A DNA stretch of 38,502 bases from Rhizaria sp. SCN 62-66 (Eukaryota), in assembly GCA_001724265.1 (NCBI GenBank), contig MEDY01000296.1, forward strand, positions 1-38,502, read 5' to 3'. Of the stretch, positions 23,075-32,000 are shown piece by piece (within the stretch, counting starts at the first letter, position 1; every line of letters begins with the position of its first letter). A program made the translations under genes and the position numbers. The notes beneath the pieces are model-generated. The model saw only the letters and a program-made list of their open reading frames with translations, was not told the DNA's origin and ran no database searches.

Positions 23075-23683
23075 CGGCGCTGGAGTGGAAGCGGCACTGG
23101 CGCGGGACTGATTTGTAGGTGGTGTCAGGCAGCGGGAAGGAAGAACGCGGTGAGTCTTGTCTATCACGAAAGTAGGTGGGAGGCAGTGAGAGTGAGCTGG
23201 AATTCAAAAGATAAATAGCGAATAGAAATAATACTCACGTCTATAATACATATCGCGAGATTTTTTGCTAACAACGAACGCAAGAAGCCGATTACAAAGG
23301 TCTTTTTGCCCTGATCCGAGCTATCCACCATTCCTTTTTTTACGAACCTCGGCCGACTGCCGACTGCCACGGACCTGTCGCGAACGAGGAAGCCTGAGAG
23401 TCGCCTTTCGCATTTCATCGATTCGTGGGTCTCAGCGCTATCAACGCGTGTGCTACTAATATGGTGTGAAACTACAAGTGCGCTTCTTATTGGGCCCGTT
23501 TGCCTTTTTGTTAACGACGGACACACCATCTTATTACTCCTCACGTTTTGACCACACTTCGACTCCACTCCGCCCCAGCTTCCTTTTCGCCTTCGCACAG
23601 CACTCTCACAGTTTCCCAGCCATCGACACGCAAGAAAGCTTCTTGTCTGCGTTCCAGCGCTTGCGCCTTGCCCCCCGCACGTT
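23075..23683. promoter_or_regulatory. Divergent intergenic/promoter region between the CID-RRM gene and NOL10
   Basis: 609-bp lower-GC spacer between ATG 23074 (-) and ATG 23684 (+). Orientation-based inference only. Confidence 0.45.
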
Positions 23684-26500
23684 ATGTCCGCCTCTTCCGC
23701 TAACGAGGACAGCGTGGCCGGCCCGCTGAAGCTGACGACGTTCAATGGCGTCAAGGTCTACAACTGCACTGCCAGCAAGTCTGCCCCTGAGTGGGCCTCG
23801 GAGTTCAAGAACCGCGAGGGCGCGCTGCGCTACAACGACGACTTCCGGCGCCGTATCGAGGTGATCCAGGCGTTCGAGTGCCCGCACTCGGTGACGCGCG
23901 TCAAGGTGTCCCCCGATGGCCGCTTCGTGGCCATCGCCGGGCTCTACAAGCCGCGCGTACGCATGTACGAGTGCGCGCAGCTCTCGCAGAAGTTCGAGCG
24001 CTTCTGCGACAACGACGTCACGCAGTTCCAGTTCCTTTCTGACGACGCGTCCAAGGTGCTGTATCTGCGCACGGACCGCGTGCTTGAGTTCCACGCCCAA
24101 GGCGGGCTCCACGCTAAGATCCGCGTCCCTCGCCCCGGCCGCGACCTCTTCTACCACCGCCCCACGTGCGACGCCTACGTCGCCGGGTCCTCTTCCGAGG
24201 TCTACCGCATTAACCTTGAGCAGGGTTCATTTGTGGCGCCGCTGCAGACGGGGCTGGACTCTGTCAACGTCATCGGCTCCAACCCCGTGCACCCGATCCT
24301 GGCCTTCGGCGGCGGCGACGCCGGCCGCGTCGAGTGCTGGGACCCGCGCGACCGGACGCGCGCCGCCGTGCTCGACCTTTCGGCCTCGGTCCTCGCCTCG
24401 CACCCGGCCATCGCGCGCGCGTTCCGCGACCCCGCGGCGAACAAGCTCGCCGTGCACTCGGTCCGCTTCGCCGACAACGGTCTCACCATGGGCGTCGGCA
24501 CATCGACGGGCCACGTCATGCTGTACGACATCCGCGCCGGCGCGCCGTTGATGGTCAAGGACCACCGCTACGGGCTGCCCGTACACTCGCTCAAGTTTCT
24601 CGAGTCTTCGGGCAAGTTCATGTCGTCCGACACCAAGGTGCTCAAGTTCTGGGACACGCAGACGGGCGCGGCGCACACGACAATCCAGCCGCCCGCGGAC
24701 GTCAACGACGTCACCGTCGTCCCGGGCTCCGGGCTCGTGTTTGCCGCCTGCTCCACGCCGCGCGTGCAGGTCTTCTACGTCCCCTCGCTCGGTCCCGTGC
24801 CCAATTGGTGCGCGCATCTCGAGGGCCTCACTGAGGAGCTGGAGGAGTCGACCGAGACGGCCGTGTACGACGACTACAAGTTCGTCACGCGCGAGCAGCT
24901 CGACGAGTGGGGGCTGTCGCATCTCATCGGGACCAACCTGCTCCGCGCCGTTATGCACGGCTTCTTCATGGACGTGCGACTCTATACGCAGATCCAGACC
25001 GTCGCGCTGGGCAGCGCCGAGTCCGCCATCGCAAGCTCCATCGCGCAGGGCAACCGCGCGGCCGCGGCTGCGGCCGCCGCCGGGGACGCCACGACAGGGT
25101 CCGCGTACGACAAGTACATCCGCGAGCAGGCGGCCAAGAAGCTCGACGACGCGACACGCAACCGCATCTCGACTGCGGCCGCGCTGCCCGACGTCAACCG
25201 CGACTTCGCCGAGGCGCTCATGGCCCGCGCCAGCGCCGAGGCCTCGGCCGGCGACTCGATCGGCCAGAAGAAGGCGGCGCGCGCGGCCCGCGACCGGCAG
25301 GCCGGCGCGTCGCTGCTGGCCGACGAGCGCTTCGCGGAGCTGTTCGAGGACGAGGACTTCCACATCAACAAGGACAGCTCCGAGTACCAGCGGCTTAACA
25401 TGACCGGCCTCTCCGGCGGCGTGCGCGAAGCCGCGGCCGCGCTGAGCTCCTCCTCCGGCTCCGCGGCGCCCGGCAAGAAGACTATGTCGCTGGGCGCGAA
25501 CGCGGTGGTGATGCGCATGGGCGACAACGTCGGCGAGGACGGCGTGGACCTCAAGCTGCTGGCCAAGATGGAGGCCGACCTCAACGCCGCAGAAGCCGCG
25601 CGCAAGAAGGCCAAGACCGCGGCCGCCGCCGCTACGGGCGGCAAGGGCGACGCCGACGTCAAGCTCGGCGGCAAGAACAGCAAGAAGGCTACTGTCGATG
25701 ATGGTGACGACGACAGCGAGGACAGCGACGACGACGACGGCGCCCGCGGCGGGCTCAGCGTCTCTGCCCGCGCGCGCGCGGCCGCCCAGGCTCAGCTGGC
25801 CGCTGCGCAGGCGCAGGCCGAGGCCGCCACCGCCGCCGCCGCGCGCGGGCAGCCTAAGAGCAAGCTGCAGCTGCTGAAGGAGGAAGAGGCTGCCATCGGC
25901 TCCGTCCGCGGCAAGCGCCCCGCCGCGGTGGACGCTGCCGCGGCTGCAGCCGCGGCGGCCCGACTCCGCGCAGCGCAGGCGCCCTCGCACTTCGACCTCA
26001 TGGCCGAGTCGGCCGCGTCCGCGGGCGCCGAGACCCGGGGCGCGCTGCTGGCGGTGCGCGCTGGCACCGGCATGGGCGACGTGCTGCAGCGTGTGCGCGC
26101 GGAGAAGGGCTTCGACGTCGCCCTCTCTGGCAGTGGCGGCGGTGCGGCGGTGCGCATGCAGTCGTTCGCGCACCTGCCGATGGCGCAGCGCCTGGCCGCC
26201 GAGGAGGCCGAGCGGCGGCGCGTGGCGATGCTGCGCGAGGCCGACAAGGCGCGCGCCGAGCGCGACGAGGCCGCGGCCAAGAAGAAGGAGGCCGAGGACG
26301 CGCACGGCAAGCGCCGCGGGCTCAAGGAGATCTTCCACCCATCCGAGATGGGCATGGGCGGCGGCAGCCGCGAGCGCCAGCGCGGCTTCGGCGGCAGCAG
26401 TGGTGGCCGCGGCGGCAGCAGGGGTGGCAGTCGCGGAGGAAGCTTTGGCGGCGGCCGCGGCGGGGCGCGTGGGCGCGGCGGAGGTCGCGGGCGCTTCTGA
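23684..26500 (+). CDS. NOL10: Nucleolar protein 10 / Enp2 (WD40 SSU processome factor), 938 aa
   Basis: Single-exon ORF. NGVKVYNCTASKSAPEW, RRRIEVIQAFE, SPDGRF..GLYKPRVRMYECAQLSQKFER, FYVPSLGPVPNWCAHLEGLTEELEE, VYDDYKFVTR, LLRAVMHGFFMD and NUC153-like DERFAELFEDEDFHINKDSSEY; RGG-rich tail; stop TGA. Confidence 0.95.
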   Translation: MSASSANEDSVAGPLKLTTFNGVKVYNCTASKSAPEWASEFKNREGALRYNDDFRRRIEVIQAFECPHSVTRVKVSPDGRFVAIAGLYKPRVRMYECAQLSQKFERFCDNDVTQFQFLSDDASKVLYLRTDRVLEFHAQGGLHAKIRVPRPGRDLFYHRPTCDAYVAGSSSEVYRINLEQGSFVAPLQTGLDSVNVIGSNPVHPILAFGGGDAGRVECWDPRDRTRAAVLDLSASVLASHPAIARAFRDPAANKLAVHSVRFADNGLTMGVGTSTGHVMLYDIRAGAPLMVKDHRYGLPVHSLKFLESSGKFMSSDTKVLKFWDTQTGAAHTTIQPPADVNDVTVVPGSGLVFAACSTPRVQVFYVPSLGPVPNWCAHLEGLTEELEESTETAVYDDYKFVTREQLDEWGLSHLIGTNLLRAVMHGFFMDVRLYTQIQTVALGSAESAIASSIAQGNRAAAAAAAAGDATTGSAYDKYIREQAAKKLDDATRNRISTAAALPDVNRDFAEALMARASAEASAGDSIGQKKAARAARDRQAGASLLADERFAELFEDEDFHINKDSSEYQRLNMTGLSGGVREAAAALSSSSGSAAPGKKTMSLGANAVVMRMGDNVGEDGVDLKLLAKMEADLNAAEAARKKAKTAAAAATGGKGDADVKLGGKNSKKATVDDGDDDSEDSDDDDGARGGLSVSARARAAAQAQLAAAQAQAEAATAAAARGQPKSKLQLLKEEEAAIGSVRGKRPAAVDAAAAAAAAARLRAAQAPSHFDLMAESAASAGAETRGALLAVRAGTGMGDVLQRVRAEKGFDVALSGSGGGAAVRMQSFAHLPMAQRLAAEEAERRRVAMLREADKARAERDEAAAKKKEAEDAHGKRRGLKEIFHPSEMGMGGGSRERQRGFGGSSGGRGGSRGGSRGGSFGGGRGGARGRGGGRGRF

Positions 26501-27066
26501 AGTGAGGTATTTTCTCCTCCACTTGTGTGCATGCAGTCACGTCTGTGTGCCCTCTCTGGTCCGTAAGAGTACCGTGGGAAATCTATTGGCCATAATGGGT
26601 CCTAAAACCTCTGTATACAAAGTCATTCTTTTTTTGTTCTCGTTGAATCTGGTAACCTGGAACAGATGACTGATAGTTAGTTCGTTGATTCATATTGCCC
26701 TGTGGATCGAACCAGATATTTTATTAATAAACAGCTAAACTTACAAACAATCCATGGCATATTGCATCGTGTACCACGCGGCCACGGCGCGTACCACCGG
26801 TTACTTGTGATTTTTTCGGAACCGGGCTCTGAACTCCAAGAGCTACTTGGTCGACAGAATAAAACGATGTGCGACGCGGTGCAGAATCCGTCAGTGTGTA
26901 TGCCATACTGGTCTTGATATTAAACACATGTTTTCATATAAAGTTCTGAAATTAGAGCGATGGGAAACTTCATCAACACTTCCATAAACTCATCAACCCG
27001 CAAACTCTCTCGCATGGCCCTCATCCTCTTCTCTTGGGTTGTCGTTCCACTGCAACAAGCACAGAG

Positions 27067-28742
27067 ATGCTCCGTAAGCTATCTCTTGCGCGCCGCGCCG
27101 GATCCCTTCTCCGCACACCTGCCGCGGTTTCGTCGCTGCTGCCGTTGTCGCGCATGCAGAGCGCCGTGGCCGCGGGCTCGGCAACAGTGCCCGCGGACGT
27201 GGAAGTGTGGATCAACGCCGCGCATCCGGCCGTCGGTCTGCGCGACCGCGTCGACGCGCGCTCGCTTGTGCGCCTGTCGCAGACGCTTAACACCAGCACA
27301 CAGTCTGAGTGGATGTACAACGAGATCCACGGCGCGCACCCGGCGGCACACTGGCTGTTTTGCACCGAGGGTGGCGCCACCAAGGACCTCAACGCCGACG
27401 GCTACTTCAACACCTTCCGCCCGCCGAAGCCCTTCTCGGTGTGCATGTGGGGCGGCGGCACGATCCACTTCCACGACGCCCTGCGGGTGGACGCGCACAT
27501 CCACTCGGTCGTGCGCGTGTCGAAGCCGCAGTTCAAGGCGGGCCGCACGGGCAACATGGTGCTTGTGTCCCGCACCAACGACATCGTCGCCAAACACAAT
27601 AATAAGCACCTCGTGCGCGACGTCGTCAACCTCATCTACCGCGACGAGAACGCCGCCAAGCCCGGCCCCGAGGCGCCGCTGTCGCCCGAGCAGGCCGCGG
27701 TGCGCGCGCGCCCGCTGGTGCAGGGCCAGGACTACGACTTCGAACGGAGCGTGCCGTTCGAGACAGACGCGCGCACGTTGTTCCGCTTCTCCGCGCTCAC
27801 GTGGAACACGCACCGCATCCACTACGACTCCGAGTACGCCAAGAGCGAGGGCCACGACGGCGTCCTTGTTCATGGCCCGCTCCAGGCCACCGTGCTCCTC
27901 GACTTCGCGAACGAGGTACGTTTAGTTTGATGCTCAAACTACTTCGCCCACCTTCCTCTCACATGCAAGCGATGTCATGAAAGTGCTTTGCTTGCAACTA
28001 AACGTGTGTGTGTTTTTTACTAAGATTGAACTGTTGTAAATAACCTCATTTTTTAAATCTTCTTTTCTTGTATTTCAACTTGCACTCGATACTTGCTTCT
28101 TAGATCTCCAAGGCGATCGCGCCGCCCGTGGAGCCGCTGCTGGAGCGCTACTACACGCGCCTGATGTACCGCCAGCTGGTACTGGAGCAGAACGAGGCCG
28201 TGCGCGCGCGCCGCAACGCGCGCAGCGTGCATGGCCCGTCCCCGGCGCAGGCGCCCGCGCACTCGCACTCTCACGGGGGCGAGCCTTGCGGCCACAACCA
28301 CGGCGGCGAGAACGGCGAGGACGAGGAGGAAATTCCTGACGTGCCGATCCCGCCTGCGGACCGCGTGCCGCTGGACTACAGCGACATCCCGCTCATGCAG
28401 GTCGAGCCGTGGCACCTGCGCTACCAGAAGCTGCGCTCCTTCAGCTACCGGGCGCTCAAGCCGCTGGTGGCGGGGACGCGCGTGCGCGTGCTGGCTCAGG
28501 TCGTCGAGGACCAGGGCCGCGCCGACGCCGAGGCCATCGCGCGCGCCGACGCCGAGTGGGCCGCGCACCCGACCCGCCGCACGCCGCCGCAGCTCGAGGA
28601 GGAGCACTACTGGAAACGCGTCCTGCCCGCGCGCGTCAAGGTGTGGGTGCAGGACGCGGAGAAGAGCGACGTGCGCTACATGGAGGGCGAGATGACCTTT
28701 ACCAAGCTCAACAAGGAGTACGTCGGCTCCAAGGTCATCTGA
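27067..28742 (+). CDS. HTD2 / mesaconyl-CoA-hydratase-like double hot-dog (MaoC-type) dehydratase, probably mitochondrial, about 495 aa
   Basis: Exons 27067-27915 and 28104-28742; intron 27916-28103 (GTACGT..TAG), phase 0. Motifs MWGGGTIHF, KAGRTGNMVLV, LFRFSALTWNTHRIHYDSEYAKSEGHDGVLVHGPL, FSYRALKPL. Presequence-like start MLRKLSLARRAG. Stop TGA. Confidence 0.85.
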
Positions 28743-29014
28743 GTGGCATTGTGAATCAGGGATCGCGTCTGTGACGGTGCGCGCCAGTGACTGTGAGCTT
28801 AATGGCTATGTATTGTCGCTCAGTGAGAGGCAACAAGGATTTTAATTATATAAACGAATAAAATAAAATAATGTAAAAACTCCACACTAACTCCAATTAT
28901 CAACTTACTGAATCGAAAGATACAATTGGGACAAAGTCAGACGCACAATCAAATCAAATCTCAATGTCGCGTTGTACGAACATGTGGTTGTTTACACGAC
29001 TACAAATCGGCAGT

Positions 29015-32000
29015 TTACAGCGCAGCTGGGATCGCGCTGGTACGCGAGACTGCGCCCGCAGGCAGCGGTGTGACAGGCGCCGCCATCCCGCCTGCCTCGA
29101 CCGTCGCGCCGCCACTCCCCACATTCGCGCTCGCATTGCTGGAGTGACTGTGGTCGCGGCTACTAGGGGGAGCAAAGCCAGGCGCCACGGCAGCGGCAGC
29201 GGCAGCGGCAGCAGCTGCGTCGGCCTCGGCCGCCGCCACGCGCACGACAAAGTCCCTCAGCGCCTCCTCGCGGCCGCCGCCCAGGAAGGCGCAGAACCAC
29301 GCCCCGCGCACCAGCCCTGACAGGCGCGCGCTGCAAAACGACGCGCCTGCTGCGTCCGCTCCAGCGCCAGTGCCCGCGACTGCAGTGCCCGTGCCTGCGC
29401 TCGCGCCAACGACGGCCGCGGTGCTGCCGCTGTGCGCGCCTTGCGGCGTCGGTGTCGGACCGCCGCCGCTGCCATCGAGCTCAAGCGCGTCCGCGCCGTG
29501 CTCCGCCGCGTCCAGCTCTGCCTCCGTGGCCATGCCGAGCGGGTCGTAGACGTCGAAGCCGAGAATCTTGCGCGCGCTGTCGCCCGCCGTGCGCAGCGCG
29601 CGCGCCGCGGCCCACGCCGCCAGCGCCACGTCGCCCGCCACTCGCCGCGACGGCGCCGCCACCGTCAGCGTGTCCTGCGCGCGCCCGCGACTGGCGTTGC
29701 CGGGACTACCGCCACTGTTCCCAGTGCTTCGGTACTCAGAAGCAGCATCTTTGTCGTTGCTATTGTTGTTGTTATTGTTGTTGCCATTGCCTTCGTCGTC
29801 TTCGTCGTCGTCATCGTCATCATCAGATGCCTTGCTGCCGGGCTTGGCACCGCTCTTGACGCCACTGCCGTTGCCGTTAAGGTCACTCGTGTTGCTGCCG
29901 CTGCCGCTGCCGCTGTCGCTGTGCGCGTCCCCGCCCGCGCGCGCCGCGGCCTGCGCGGCGGAACGCCACCGCCTACCCGCGCGCTGCGCCTCTACGTCCT
30001 GCGCTGCGGCTCTCGCGCTGCCGCCGCTGCCGCTGCTAGCGTCCCCGTTGCCGCCGCCGCTGCTGCTGCTGGGCAGCGCGCGGTAGGACGACCGCAGGTG
30101 CGCCTCGCGCGAGCGCAGCACCGCGATGCGCGCCGTGCGCTGAGCGAAGGCCAGCTGGTGCGTCGCGGCGTCCGTCAGCGCCTGTGCCGACTCCAGCAGC
30201 AGCGCAGGCTCGCCCAGCGCGCTGCGCGTCGTCGACGAAGACTGCAGCAGCGGCCGCGAGCGTGCACGGCTCAGCGACGCGTACCTAAGGTAAGTTTCAC
30301 AAAAACAAGGAACAACAAAACGTAAACATCAAATTGGAATAAACGGAATGAAATACAGTGTTAAAACACTACTTAAACAAAAATTATAATCTTTTAAACG
30401 ACAACCCACTATCGTAAAACTTCTAGTCGTGATTTACGTACAGGAATACATCGGCGAGAATGAGGCGCGCAAGGCGCACATTGACGAGTGCGCCGACCCA
30501 ACGCTGCGCCTCGAGACTCGACGTCAGCAGCGCCGCCAGCGAGGGGTACAGGCACTGACGCGAGGCGAGCGCGCGGGCCTGTTCGCGGGCGCGCGCGTCC
30601 TCGGCTGACTCGGCCAGGTCTGGCTCGCACTCGGACACAGGCGTCGAGGCTGCCGCCTGTGAGGACACATGCGCGGCAGAGTCCAACTCAGCGGAAGCCG
30701 CCGCCGCCGCCAAAGAGGCGTAATTGTCCGTTGCAATCGGAGCAGAGACAGGAGCTGACGCAGGAAGCGGCTGCGCCGGCGCGTGCAGACGCAAGTGTGG
30801 CCAGAGCGACGCCAGGGACAGCGGCGGCGGCGGCGTCAGCGACTGCGCGGCCGCCGCAGCGCTGCCGCTGTCTCCGCTGTTGTGGCTGTTGCGGCTGTCA
30901 CTGTGGGGCACTGCGACAACGGTCGACAGCCGGGAGAGTCCCGCGTAGAGCGGGTGCGCGCCCTAGTGGCGCAGTTCGTGCCGTGCCACGGGCCCGCTGT
31001 CGTCGTAGCAGCCCCTTAGACCGGGGGAGCTGGCGCCACTTAGACGGCGGCCAACGGCCCCAACGCTCTCCTGGGTCAGAGAGCCGGGACTACTGTCACT
31101 GCAGTCGTTGTCGCTGCCGCCAGCATTGCTCATGTCGCCGCTACCGCTGCAATGCGCGGCGCCGCCGAGGCCGCCGGCGCAGGGCGCGCCGTGGCATCCG
31201 ATGACCCAGGAGGGGTCGACAAGCAGCCTGCGTAGCCGCAGCCACGCGAAGGCGGCGCGCGGCAGCGGGCGCTGCCAGGCCAGAGGGTGCCGTGCCGAAG
31301 CCACGCCGCCCGCGCGGGGCGTCAGCGGCGGCGCGAACGCGTCGTGCCGCAGCACCCTCCCGGGGTCCGGCGGCGGTGCTGCAGACGACGGCGGGGGCTT
31401 TGTGTTGCCCGCGACAGCGCTCTTCACTGCAGCTGATGCTGTCGCGGTGGAAGAGTGCATCGGCGGCAGGGGGATTAGTAAGTTCGCGTACGATACGCTG
31501 AGAACGGCCGCAGCGCCGCCGCCAGCGCTAGTGGCAGCAGCGGCGGCGCCAGCAGCGGCGTCGGCTGCGGTCATGGGCACGCTGGCGGCAGCAGATGCGC
31601 CGGCAACGGCAGCGACTGGCGGCGCGGCCGGCGTGAGCACGACTGGAGTGATCAGGTAGTCTGCGATTAAACCTGCGAATACGCGCGGAAAATGAAATGG
31701 AAGGAAAAATCTCATCAGAAAAATGGTTAGATAAACATATGAACGGTGTGATCACTCGTAAATAAAACTGCCTCAATAGAATAATATGCTCGTGCAATTG
31801 CAAGCGCTCACTGAACGCACCATTGAGAACCCACGCCTTGGCGCCGTTGACCATAAGCATGAGCGCGTCGGTGTCGCCATCAGCCTCGCCGTCGCCGTCA
31901 CTCTCCGCCTCTGCGTCGACCTCCTCGCCCGGACTGGCGCCTGTGTCGCCCGCACTCGCAACAGCACCCGTCGCGCTCGCGGTCGCAATCGCGTTGACGC

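Noticed and set aside
30288-30295. Perfect plus-strand donor AG|GTAAGT at a GC/AT boundary, suggesting an antisense spliced gene (ORF 29432-30325)
   Set aside because: It is the reverse complement of the pyrimidine tract and acceptor of the minus-strand intron. The plus-strand ORF has no motif or credible start.
14516-30425. Other TAGs that bound ORF-track entries (14516-14518, 30423-30425) as further recoded codons
   Set aside because: 14516-14518 is an intron acceptor and 30423-30425 lies inside an AT-rich intron, so neither is in the mature CDS.
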